Part shown: positions 17,524 through 26,976 of the stretch, piece by piece
How positions within the stretch are numbered: position 1 is the first letter of the stretch
Layout of the letters: each line of letters starts with the position of its first letter
Assembly (NCBI GenBank): GCA_964408285.1
Contig: CAYOYV010000013.1
Location: 11,617-46,497 of the forward strand
Direction of reading: 5' to 3'
From: an uncultured Nitrososphaerota archaeon
GTDB taxonomy: Archaea; Thermoproteota; EX4484-205; JAAOZO01
Length of the DNA: 34,881 bases
Program-made: the position numbers and the translations under genes
The notes under the pieces: generated by a model
What the model saw: the letters and a program-made list of their open reading frames with translations, nothing else
The model's database searches: none
What the model was told of the DNA's origin: nothing

Positions 17524-17634
17524 ATCACGATCGATCCCCCAATTGCATCAGGAATTCAATATATTGCTTTTTCCTGCGGATCAGGATCTCGCAAGCAGTC
17601 TCCTTTGTTCGTCCGAAGGAAACACTGATGGGCA

Positions 17635-18963
17635 TCACGTACTCTGTTCCCTTATGAAGCTCGAGAGCAGATCGTCATACTCCTCAATGAGAGGCAATGA
17701 TTTCGCCCTTCTGAACTCTGAACTCCACAGAGAATAGGAGAAAAGGGTTATGCCGCTGGCTCCTCCTTCCCTCAACGCGTCAAAATACATGGAGAGGTCG
17801 TTTCTGGTGATCCTGTAATCAGCACTGGTCAGAACTCCCGGATAGATTGGGAATATCTCATTCTTTATCAATCTCCTGTATGCCGTGAGTGCCTCCCGGA
17901 TCTTGTTCGGATCGATCCAATATGTCATTGGATTCACGAAGTCGAGCAGACCTTGCGTTATCCACGATACCCAATCTTGCGCGACCAATTCCTTTGCAGC
18001 AGAGTAGTTCCAGAACGTTGCGGCAGAGAGATTTATGAGCGGAGACATATCGTTCAGGATTTTCCTTATCCCAGAAACGACGGAGGTTACGTTGGAGATC
18101 CTCCATTCATTCCACCTGTTCTTCTCATTCTTCTCTATCCATTGCGCCTTCTCGTATGTTGTCTTGAGATCGTATGGGATGCTCACGGAATATTCCGACT
18201 GAAATTTCTCAAGACAACTGTTACAATAGCAATACGAATATTCACGCTCGGCTTGCATAGTCTGGGAAGGCTCGGACTGCTTCTTTTCAGTCACTTTGAA
18301 AACGAATCTAGCATCATATATCGAGGGATCCTGCTGCCATTTTCTCATTACCCATATTTCGTCCCCGCTTCTTATTACTCTCCCGAATTCCTTCGCTTGG
18401 GTGTAATCGATCCCAAGAATATTCTTGAAACTTTGATATCTTATGTAATCCAAGTGAACGCCGTCTATATAGGGATACTTCCTTACGAGTTCCTTTATCA
18501 GATCGAAAACGAAGTTTCGAACGCTTTCCTTGCCTAGGTCTATGTAGCAGGAGCCACCGGCCGAATAGACTATGGAAGGCGCATCCAGGATCGAATACCC
18601 ATAGCTGTCCACAACGAAATAGTCAGGATGGTCAGCCTGCAGAGGTTGTGGACCTCCCTCAAAATATTCGCGTCCGCCGAGACGAGGTAGAAGACTACTA
18701 CCCCAATTGGCTATGACGACCCAGGGATGAACTTGCATCCCCCTTTCACGCGCTCCCTTGATTATCAATCCTAAGGGATCCCAGTCTGTGCAATTCTTTG
18801 CAATAGGGGCTAGCTTGCTTTCATAGCACACGGTTCCGGTTCCGTGGTTGATACACGGCAATAGAAGGTCCATGCCCACTTTCGAACACCATTCAAGGAA
18901 TGCCGTAACGTCGGCTTCATTGCGAAAATCGTTTATGACGTCTGCCCAGATGGCGGCCTTCAT
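17635..18963 (-). CDS. Glycoside hydrolase-like protein (GHL10 / DUF187 TIM barrel)
   Basis: WDPL..II..A.ERGMQVHPW, YPYIDGVHLDYIRY, YCYC..C, QDW..W...GLLDFVNPMTY. Likely start MKAAIW at 18963. Confidence 0.82.
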   Translation of the reverse strand: MKAAIWADVINDFRNEADVTAFLEWCSKVGMDLLLPCINHGTGTVCYESKLAPIAKNCTDWDPLGLIIKGARERGMQVHPWVVIANWGSSLLPRLGGREYFEGGPQPLQADHPDYFVVDSYGYSILDAPSIVYSAGGSCYIDLGKESVRNFVFDLIKELVRKYPYIDGVHLDYIRYQSFKNILGIDYTQAKEFGRVIRSGDEIWVMRKWQQDPSIYDARFVFKVTEKKQSEPSQTMQAEREYSYCYCNSCLEKFQSEYSVSIPYDLKTTYEKAQWIEKNEKNRWNEWRISNVTSVVSGIRKILNDMSPLINLSAATFWNYSAAKELVAQDWVSWITQGLLDFVNPMTYWIDPNKIREALTAYRRLIKNEIFPIYPGVLTSADYRITRNDLSMYFDALREGGASGITLFSYSLWSSEFRRAKSLPLIEEYDDLLSSFIREQST

Positions 18964-19117
18964 ACCCCTTATGATGTCGAAATAGCTTTTGAATTTTGTG
19001 CTTTGCTGGGCGTGGGTATCCATGCACTGAGCTCGACTCGAAGCGAATGGTATTCTTTCAGCAGGCATTTCATTGGGTCGGAAATGGTTATCAATATGAG
19101 GACCTGAGTTGAACGAA

Positions 19118-19906
19118 ATGAAATTCGCGGTTCAGGAGGACAAGGTCCCGGGAAGTTCACTACCAGATAAGCTACGTAGGCTTGAGACTTATGGATATGA
19201 CGGAATTGAACTCTGGGGAAGGGATGGATTGAGAGAATCCATTGGATCGATAGATGATTGGTTGTCAACCAGCAAGGTGAAGATAAGCACCATATGCTCC
19301 GGCTATTCTGGTGATCTTCTGGCAGCTGATAGGGAATCCAGGGAGAGGGCAATACTGGGCATTGAAGAAAGACTTGGATGGGCTTCTCAGCTTGGCGCCG
19401 TAGGATTGATAACAGTGCCAACTTTCGGTGGGCCAAAGCTGAGCGACTTGTCTCCCTTGTTTCCTTCAATGAAGGAACTCGAAACAAGGCTCCTGGTGGA
19501 GGAAGTGAAGCGGCTCTCCAAATCAGCCGAAGACAAAGGTGCATATCTCATTCTTGAACCGATCAATAGATACGAGACACATTTCATGAATAGGCTGGAG
19601 CAAGCCGTTGCCATCTGCAGAGAGATCGGATCCGAAAAGGTGGCTGTCATGGCGGACTATTTCCATATGAACATTGAGGAATCCAAGATCGAAGAAAGCA
19701 TTGGGCAATTCTCCGATTTCATAGTTCACCTTCACCTTGCAGACAGCAATAGGGTTCAGCCAGGGTACGGGCACACAGACTTCTCATCATTAGCAGTGCT
19801 GGAGAGGAAGGGCTTCAAGCACTACGGGGCCTTGGAGTGTTCGATTCTGGGCAATCCTGAGACTGAATTGCCAAGGACACTGGCTTATCTCAAGAAGCAT
19901 CTGTGA
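19118..19906 (+). CDS. Sugar phosphate isomerase/epimerase, ketose 3-epimerase (D-psicose/D-tagatose 3-epimerase-like) TIM barrel
   Basis: GYDGIE, LEPINRYE, DYFHMNIEE, HLADSNR..PG.GH, LE metal and catalytic residues. Confidence 0.88.
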   Translation: MKFAVQEDKVPGSSLPDKLRRLETYGYDGIELWGRDGLRESIGSIDDWLSTSKVKISTICSGYSGDLLAADRESRERAILGIEERLGWASQLGAVGLITVPTFGGPKLSDLSPLFPSMKELETRLLVEEVKRLSKSAEDKGAYLILEPINRYETHFMNRLEQAVAICREIGSEKVAVMADYFHMNIEESKIEESIGQFSDFIVHLHLADSNRVQPGYGHTDFSSLAVLERKGFKHYGALECSILGNPETELPRTLAYLKKHL

Positions 19907-19989
19907 GATCAGGCATCTAACTGCATGGGATCAGCAATTGCACCGAATGACTTATTTTCACCTGATCGAGTCTCATGATTGCAGCCACC

Positions 19990-20532
19990 ATGATAACGAG
20001 AAGTGAGTTCAGAAAGGCGCAGATGAGGGCAGCGCGCATGCTGCGTGAGGCCGGCATAGCTCTCAAGAGAGAAGAGAGAGACAGAATAGAAGTGGCCGAC
20101 TTCGGACTTAGCCAACTTCAGACTTTTGGGCTCGAAATCGTCACATACGTTAACACTGAGCGTTGCTGTGCAAAGGAATTAGTGCTCTTTCCGTTCCAGA
20201 TCTGTCCTGAACATTCGCATCCGAACATAGATAGTGAGCCTGGAAAAGAAGAAACTTTCAGATGCAGGAAGGGATTGGTTCATCTTTATGTAAGTGGCCC
20301 AAAGACTGAAAGGCCCCATGCAAGAATACCCAGGGTAAAGGAGAGTTACTTCAATGCTTGGCATGAAATCACTCTCAAGCCAGGAGAACAGTATACGCTG
20401 CCACCTAATACGCTCCACTGGTTCCAAGCTGGAAAAACCGGTGCAATAGTGTCAGAATTCTCCACAAGGAGTATCGACGAGAGAGACATTTTCACAGATC
20501 CTGAAATAAAAAGAACAACGGTTGTCGTGTGA
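19990..20532 (+). CDS. D-lyxose/D-mannose ketol-isomerase (cupin)
   Basis: EVADFGL, CAKELVL...Q.CPEHSHP, GKEETFRCR, PGEQYT.PPNT.HWFQAG, VSEFST, D.FTDP. Confidence 0.92.
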   Translation: MITRSEFRKAQMRAARMLREAGIALKREERDRIEVADFGLSQLQTFGLEIVTYVNTERCCAKELVLFPFQICPEHSHPNIDSEPGKEETFRCRKGLVHLYVSGPKTERPHARIPRVKESYFNAWHEITLKPGEQYTLPPNTLHWFQAGKTGAIVSEFSTRSIDERDIFTDPEIKRTTVVV

Positions 20533-20541
20533 GCGCAATCG

Positions 20542-21705
20542 CTACTTCACCTCGAACATGATCGAATGTGCTATGGATTCTTTTGCTGCCGAGGTTATGT
20601 CCGCCTCAGACTCCAGGGACTCTAGAATGTCAAGCTTCGCCTTTGTCTCCGGATGGCTGGAGATGATACTGCAGCAGTCCTTGTAGGGCTTCAGGGATAT
20701 GTCGTAAGTTCCTATCTTTTTGGCTAGATCGACGATCTCCTCCTTGTCATAGGCGATCAGAGGCATGAAGACAGGGAACTTCAGATCTTGGTGGATCACG
20801 CGGATGTTCTGGAGTGTTTGAGAGGCAACCTGGGCAAGACTCTCACCGGTCACAAGGGCTTCAGCGCCGATTTTCGCTGCGATCTCTTCAGCAACCTTGA
20901 ACATGTATCTCCTGAAAAGGACAACATCGTAGCGTGGCGCAAGTGAGGAAATTGCAAGGGTGAACGGATAGGCCGGGACTATGTGAATTCGCGTAGGACC
21001 GGAGTATGGAACTAGATATCTAACCAATTCGATTATTTTGGATGTCAAGACCTCAGAATTGTCGCTGAATGGGTGAAAGTGTATGTAGGAGACATTGGCT
21101 CCTCGCTTCAACATGAGCCAAGCGGCGACTGGCGAATCAAACCCTCCGGATAGAAGGCAAAGCACTCTGCCCGAAGAACCCACCGGTAGTCCACCAGGGC
21201 CTTTGAATTTCCTGAAGTAGATGCAGGTAGTGTTCTTAGCTATTTCAATGAACACGGTCAGTAGGGGCTTTGCGAGATCGACTCTCTTGCCGAACTCTCT
21301 CACGACCTCGGTTCCAATCCGTTCATTGACCTCGACTGAACTCAACGGGAAAGCCTTGTATGATCTTCTTGTTTCGATCTTGAACGAATCCGCGTTCTCG
21401 ATTCTTCCTCTCAATAGCATCAGCACAGTCTTCTGAATCTCATCGAAATCGCTGCGGACCCCGTAGGCGAAGGCAAACCAAGCCACACCGAATATCCTCC
21501 TCATGGCCTGGGAAACCAAGCCCTCATCAACATCTTTGGATAGCTCACCTAGAATCCTAGCATTCGTTCTCCGAACACGCCTTACACCGAGACGAGAGAT
21601 GGATTCCCTGATATTCTCGACAAGTCTCCTTTCGAAAAAGGTTCGCCTTCCTCGTTTGAGTGCAATCTCCGAATAATGAATAAGCAGTATGTTGGAATCC
21701 CCCAT
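20542..21705 (-). CDS. thiI: tRNA 4-thiouridine synthase ThiI (THUMP plus PP-loop, no rhodanese domain)
   Basis: YSEIALK, THUMP domain, GPGGLPVG, LLSGGFDSPVA, TGESLAQVASQT, DCC, HP.T. Confidence 0.95.
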   Translation of the reverse strand: MGDSNILLIHYSEIALKRGRRTFFERRLVENIRESISRLGVRRVRRTNARILGELSKDVDEGLVSQAMRRIFGVAWFAFAYGVRSDFDEIQKTVLMLLRGRIENADSFKIETRRSYKAFPLSSVEVNERIGTEVVREFGKRVDLAKPLLTVFIEIAKNTTCIYFRKFKGPGGLPVGSSGRVLCLLSGGFDSPVAAWLMLKRGANVSYIHFHPFSDNSEVLTSKIIELVRYLVPYSGPTRIHIVPAYPFTLAISSLAPRYDVVLFRRYMFKVAEEIAAKIGAEALVTGESLAQVASQTLQNIRVIHQDLKFPVFMPLIAYDKEEIVDLAKKIGTYDISLKPYKDCCSIISSHPETKAKLDILESLESEADITSAAKESIAHSIMFEVK

Positions 21706-21794
21706 CGTCCCAGAAATGTTACTGTTGCCTTTAAGCGTTTTTTCCTCGGTCGCCAGACCTTCATGTTTATTCATACCCCTTCGTTCAGCATGAT

Positions 21795-23348
21795 ATGGGT
21801 CAAGCCTTGAATGGCATCGAATATGAGGCCATGCAGTTGAAATCGGAGAAGGGGCCCCTCTCAGTTAACGTGATCACCCTGGACTTGGATCGATCAGGAT
21901 CTTCCTACGAGATAGCTCCAGCGTTGGCAAGCGTTCGCCCTAGATTCGAGAAACTCCATCAGGTGGCGAATTCCATGAGAAGAATAGCGAGCGCGACCTC
22001 GACGGGGATTAGGGGGACAATGACCAGGGATTCAGTCTTGGTGATCGCTCGCGGGGGATCAGGGCCTGGGCCTCTATTCGGATACGAGGTTGGAGAGGGA
22101 TGGCGATTCATGGGGGAAAGTGGAGTCTTTCGCTTGATTCAACAGATCACCGAACAGAGGAGGCTTCTCTATAGGTCAACCGATTCTACCCAGGATTTTA
22201 CCATAGCAGAACCCACAATTGAGGAGAAAGAATGCCTCAAAATGCTCTTGGACGATGGAAGAGCAACTTACTCGACTTTGGAGGAAAGCAGTGAGCGATC
22301 TAGGGAATTCACCACCGTCGCTCCAACCTTGCCTATTGCCTTCTGTGACGGGTATGATACCGTACCCGAGATATGCGAACGCAGCAATGCCGTTGCAGGC
22401 GTCAATGGCGGTTTCTTCGCGAATTTCCAGGAGGAAATGAGTCTGCACACAGTTTTCAATGATCCCGTGGGAATCCTTATGATCAATGAAAGCATCCTTG
22501 TTCCACCCAGCTTCAAAAGAGCCACGCTGATCGTAGATGAGCATGGAAAACCTTCATTCCAAGTCTTGGGAATGGAGGATGTTTGGTTCAGGGTTGGCGG
22601 AATGGTGTTCTCGAGTCGAACCAAGCCGTTGCATGGGTGCCTCCCTTTCGAAGTCAACCCGACTCAAGAGCAATCCGAGTTCTCGATTTTCACGAGATTC
22701 TTATCCAAGAACTCACCTAATGGCGGAACTGATATCGTGATTTCCAGGGATTCCATCTGTGAGCTCAAGCCAGATGGTGGAGCCGAAATTCCGCAGAACG
22801 GATTTGTTCTGAAAACAAAGGATGTTGATCTTGCATCGAGAATTCTGAGGGAGGCCCATGAAGCGAGAGATTATGGAGTGAGATATGGGCTACATGTCAA
22901 GTCGAGGGAAAAGATAATTCACGCCATCGCGGCCGGCCCCTTGCTTGTGTCGAATCGAAAGAAGATAGACGAGCAGTACCTCAGAAGTGAGATCGAGCAA
23001 TTCAAATCCAGAGAAGTAGTCCCGACCAGGCTTCCTGACTTGGTTGATCCAACCAAAGCATCCGCACCAAGGACCGGTTTGGGTCTCACCCAAGACGGCA
23101 AGTTCCTGATGGTGACAGTAGATGACGACAGAAGAAAAGACACCCCTCCTGAGAAAAGGTACAGCGTGGGAACGGAAATCCTCGGTTTCGCCAGGATAAT
23201 GGCAGATCTCGGATGCAGCAATGCATTGAATCTTGATGGCGGTGGCTCCGCTACCATGTGGTTCAATGGGCTCGTGAGGAACAAACCCTCGGATGGCTTT
23301 GTGAGATCAATACCAAATGCTGTCATTGTGACACGTAGAGACCATTGA
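21795..23348 (+). CDS. Phosphodiester glycosidase (NAGPA / DUF2233) family protein
   Basis: VNGGFF, IP.NGFVL, AGPLLV, PRTGLG, ALNLDGGGSATM, R.IPNA. Confidence 0.85.
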   Translation: MGQALNGIEYEAMQLKSEKGPLSVNVITLDLDRSGSSYEIAPALASVRPRFEKLHQVANSMRRIASATSTGIRGTMTRDSVLVIARGGSGPGPLFGYEVGEGWRFMGESGVFRLIQQITEQRRLLYRSTDSTQDFTIAEPTIEEKECLKMLLDDGRATYSTLEESSERSREFTTVAPTLPIAFCDGYDTVPEICERSNAVAGVNGGFFANFQEEMSLHTVFNDPVGILMINESILVPPSFKRATLIVDEHGKPSFQVLGMEDVWFRVGGMVFSSRTKPLHGCLPFEVNPTQEQSEFSIFTRFLSKNSPNGGTDIVISRDSICELKPDGGAEIPQNGFVLKTKDVDLASRILREAHEARDYGVRYGLHVKSREKIIHAIAAGPLLVSNRKKIDEQYLRSEIEQFKSREVVPTRLPDLVDPTKASAPRTGLGLTQDGKFLMVTVDDDRRKDTPPEKRYSVGTEILGFARIMADLGCSNALNLDGGGSATMWFNGLVRNKPSDGFVRSIPNAVIVTRRDH

Positions 23349-23381
23349 ATGCATATATCCCCTAGATTCCTCCAGAGAATC

Positions 23382-25247
23382 ATGTCTGCTGGAAGGGTAA
23401 AGGCCCGGACATATTCAGGAGAGGAGATTGAGATCCCGAGGGGAGAGAGAGGAATATCGACGGATCCCTATGAAGGGAGATTCCTGATTCCTACCAAAGA
23501 AGAATATGAAGTAGAGAAGAAGAAAGTGCGGGAAATAATCGATGCACGAAGGAGAGAAGGCAATCAGGTAGTCGTAGTTCAAGGTCTAGGATTTGTTGGG
23601 ACAATAATGGCGACTATAGTGGCCAAGGCCGAACACAAGTTCGTCGTTGGCCTGCAGCGGGCCTCCGTGCGTTCTTATTGGAAGATACCATGGATCAACT
23701 CAGCGAGGTCTCCCGTTGAATCTGAAGATCCGAAAGTGGCTGAACTCCTCTCGGAAGTTGTCACAAAGGGCAAATTCATTGCCACCTTCGTTGAGGAGGT
23801 AATGCAGTGGGCCGATATATTGATCAGCGATATTCAATGCGACGTGGTTAAGCCCTTCTTGGGTAATGCTTGGAGAGCCACAGTGGAGATAGATCCTTTC
23901 CTCAAGTCGGTGGAGTCGGTGGGAAAGAACATTCACCCGGACGCCTTATATCTTATAGAAACAACCGTTCCCCCCGGAGCGACAGAGTTTCTAGTATACC
24001 CTAGAATTGAGAGGAGCTTTCTTGAGAGGGCGAAAGCATCGCTTGGTCTGCTGCGGAGGGCGAATGTCAAGCCCTCAAAGGAAACGATAGGCAGAGAACC
24101 TCTCTTCCAAGACGTAGAGGAATTGGTGGCGGCCTACTTGAAGAGCCCAACCAAGCAGAACGAGAAGAAGGTGCTTGAAACTGTGAAGGCGATGCACCCA
24201 CCAAGGATCGCACACTCCTATGAAAGGGTCATGCCTGGCAAGGAATACGTTGATTCCGTAATCAACCTCCCAAGGGTATATTCTGGCATCGATGCTGAGT
24301 GTGCAGACAGAGCCGGCAGATTCCTATCTGAGGTCTTGACCGGCCCCATGGCGAAACTCACAAGACTAGAGACACCGAGCGATTCTGAATTCTCAAAATG
24401 CGCTGAGAACACATACCGAGCGTGCTTGATTGCAATCAGCAGGGCCATGGGAAGGGCAGCCGAGGTGATGGGCGTGAACTACACCGCAGTTGTTGATGCA
24501 ATCAAGGTTAGACCTACCCACAGGGATATCCTTGTTCCGAGGACGCCTACGACAGGCGGCTACTGCCTTCCGAAGGATCCTGTGTTCCTGCTTTGGTCAA
24601 TCAAGCACATCCCGGAATTCAAGACAAGATTGAGCCGTGAGAATATTGAGGAATTGAACGGAGTCCTGAGACTCATCTCATTCATAGTGGATATGAATGA
24701 CTTGGGAGGGATACACACAGTGGGCCTTGTCGAAACGGGACTGCGTGAGATCGGCAGAAGGCTGAAGGGCTCAACTGTCCTGATCGCAGGAGGGTCCTAC
24801 CGGGAGGATGTTGCCGACACCAGATATGCCCCATATGAAATGATAGTGAGACTTCTTTGGCAGAAGGGCGCTATCCCGAGGGTTTCCGACCCCTATGTCA
24901 AGTCATTGCCTGAATTGGAGCATCAGGACGAGGACCCGTATTCAATGGCAAAGCACTTCAGGAGTCAAAGTGGACTGAGATCTCTCAGACCTCTGGGCAA
25001 TATCAGAGAGGCTGCAAAGGGAATCGATGCAATCGTATTCGCCATACCACACCAGCAATACATCGAGTTGGATCCGGTGGAACTGATTGAAGCCACTGGA
25101 AAGCCAGCACCTCAATTGGTGATCGTGGACTGCAATACCCTGAGCAATGAGAAGATCGCGAAGTATCTTTCGCTTGGATGCGTTGTCAAGAAGATGTATC
25201 ACGGCCACACCGGCAGGCTCCGGCAACCGACCAAGGTGGCCTTGTAG
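23382..25247 (+). CDS. Nucleotide-sugar dehydrogenase (UDP-glucose/GDP-mannose dehydrogenase family, long form)
   Basis: VQGLGFVG, ETTVPPG.TE, ERVMPG, K..ENTYRA, catalytic GGYCLPKD, SYREDVADTR, DPYV. Confidence 0.88.
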   Translation: MSAGRVKARTYSGEEIEIPRGERGISTDPYEGRFLIPTKEEYEVEKKKVREIIDARRREGNQVVVVQGLGFVGTIMATIVAKAEHKFVVGLQRASVRSYWKIPWINSARSPVESEDPKVAELLSEVVTKGKFIATFVEEVMQWADILISDIQCDVVKPFLGNAWRATVEIDPFLKSVESVGKNIHPDALYLIETTVPPGATEFLVYPRIERSFLERAKASLGLLRRANVKPSKETIGREPLFQDVEELVAAYLKSPTKQNEKKVLETVKAMHPPRIAHSYERVMPGKEYVDSVINLPRVYSGIDAECADRAGRFLSEVLTGPMAKLTRLETPSDSEFSKCAENTYRACLIAISRAMGRAAEVMGVNYTAVVDAIKVRPTHRDILVPRTPTTGGYCLPKDPVFLLWSIKHIPEFKTRLSRENIEELNGVLRLISFIVDMNDLGGIHTVGLVETGLREIGRRLKGSTVLIAGGSYREDVADTRYAPYEMIVRLLWQKGAIPRVSDPYVKSLPELEHQDEDPYSMAKHFRSQSGLRSLRPLGNIREAAKGIDAIVFAIPHQQYIELDPVELIEATGKPAPQLVIVDCNTLSNEKIAKYLSLGCVVKKMYHGHTGRLRQPTKVAL

Positions 25248-25264
25248 GACTGAAGCTGGTCTGA

Positions 25265-25894
25265 ATGGAACTAGCGGAGCTATGTCTGATATCCTTCCTC
25301 GTTGGTTTCTCTGGTGCCGCAAGTCCTGGGTCTGTTACTCTGACAATAATCAAGGAATCGGCTGACAAGGGGATCAGGGTCGGGACCTTCTTCTCAATAG
25401 GGCACTCGTTGATAGAGATGCCGGTCCTCGCTTGCTTGTTCATTGGAATCGGCTCAGCCTTGCTTAAGCAGATTCTCCCTTTCTTGGGGCTGATAGGAGG
25501 GATTTTCCTCGTCTTCATTGGGGCTATGACCTTGAGGGAAGGGCTTGCAGGGAAGTTCAAGGGTAAGATTGGCAAGCCAGTGGAACCCTCCGAAATCACA
25601 CGGCTGATCGGCCTTGGCGCTTCACTGTCCCTGTTGAATCCCTACTGGATAATGTGGTGGCTGACCATCGGCGCAGCCTACGTGGGCCAATCGATCGAGC
25701 TCGGCTTGATTGGATTGGTAGGATTCTATATCAGTCATATCGCGGCAGATTTCATCGTCTTCATTGGGCTGTCAGCCTTGGTATCAAGGGGCCATGAACT
25801 GATTGGCAAGAAAGGATACAGGATCATACTCTTGGCAAGTGGGCTCCTGTTGGTCCTGATCGGGGGCAAAACGGCATTGGACTCCCTGACTTAG
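25265..25894 (+). CDS. LysE-family translocator
   Basis: GFSGAASPG, GHSLIE, SLLNPYW..WW and about six hydrophobic helices. Confidence 0.88.
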   Translation: MELAELCLISFLVGFSGAASPGSVTLTIIKESADKGIRVGTFFSIGHSLIEMPVLACLFIGIGSALLKQILPFLGLIGGIFLVFIGAMTLREGLAGKFKGKIGKPVEPSEITRLIGLGASLSLLNPYWIMWWLTIGAAYVGQSIELGLIGLVGFYISHIAADFIVFIGLSALVSRGHELIGKKGYRIILLASGLLLVLIGGKTALDSLT

Positions 25895-25941
25895 GCCATC
25901 GAATCTGGCCCTGCAGACGGGATCCCTAGCTGATACTGGCC

Positions 25942-26952
25942 CTATGGTGGTTGAGCACTGTCACTTAGGACCTTCTTCATCTGATGCTTGTACGAATAGA
26001 CATATGGTATAGCGAAATCGACCCTCTTGCTTTCCGATACCTTGTCAAAGATGAGCTTGTTTATCTCATGAGTTATGCGGGGTCTATCAATGGCGACGGT
26101 CATATACCTCAACCGGAGATAAACTCCATAGTCATAGAAATCAGAGCGCACATACGGTTCTTTTTGAGTGGCCTTTATTATGTCGGCGGTGATCTCCCTT
26201 GCGGAATCGACAAGGATTTTCTCGGCTTCCTTCCAGTCGGAGTCATACGTTATCCTGACTATTATCTCGTCCAAGATGTGAGTAGACTCTCTTTCTTCTC
26301 CGGCTGTGTAATCAATCACAACATTTCCGAAGAGAATGGCATTCGGAACTAGAATGCTCCTCCCAGATGGTTCTTCTGTCCCCACTGTTCCTCCTACCTG
26401 GTTAAGGACGGTATACATGAGACCGATATCCAATACATCACCAATAAGGCCCCAGGCCGGGAGGTAGATTCTGTCTCCTATTCTGAAGGGTCTCCTCAGC
26501 ATTATGAGGGCCCAAGCGGCTATTCCAGTCACAGGCTGCTGAAGGGACCAACCAAGGAACAGCCCACCAAATGCACCAACTGCCGTAAGAAAAGCGCCTA
26601 TGTTGATGAACAGGCTCAGGATCGCCAGGAGCCATACTGAGATAATGAGGTACCTCAGAAGACTCATGAACATCTTCACATCGGCGTCTCTGCCACCTGC
26701 TCTGATTATGGCAACGCTTATGGTCCTTGAGATTACCTGGTACCCGAGGAAGAAGGCGGCGGTCATACCAATGACCATTAGGAAGTCTGTGATCGTTTTG
26801 GAAGGCGTCTTCTGCAGGAAATCAATATAGATCTGCAGAGCGAAAGGATAGGATTGGTAGAAGATTAGGAATGACAACACTATTACTACCGCAAGAAAGA
26901 CAAATACAACGCGTCTGTCCAATTTCGTCACTATAGGGATTTTGGATTCCAA
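25942..26952 (-). CDS. Small-conductance mechanosensitive channel (MscS family)
   Basis: N-terminal TM helices, GWSLQ, RPFRIGDRI, G.V.DIGLMYT, VPNA, ITYDSD. Confidence 0.9.
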   Translation of the reverse strand: MESKIPIVTKLDRRVVFVFLAVVIVLSFLIFYQSYPFALQIYIDFLQKTPSKTITDFLMVIGMTAAFFLGYQVISRTISVAIIRAGGRDADVKMFMSLLRYLIISVWLLAILSLFINIGAFLTAVGAFGGLFLGWSLQQPVTGIAAWALIMLRRPFRIGDRIYLPAWGLIGDVLDIGLMYTVLNQVGGTVGTEEPSGRSILVPNAILFGNVVIDYTAGEERESTHILDEIIVRITYDSDWKEAEKILVDSAREITADIIKATQKEPYVRSDFYDYGVYLRLRYMTVAIDRPRITHEINKLIFDKVSESKRVDFAIPYVYSYKHQMKKVLSDSAQPP

Positions 26953-26976
26953 GGGGGATTAATCTCTTTTCATCCA

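Noticed and set aside
17953-19544. Long alternative ORFs (194 aa at 17953 plus, 191 aa at 18969 minus)
   Set aside because: They are antisense to well-supported GHL10 and epimerase genes and have no recognisable motifs.
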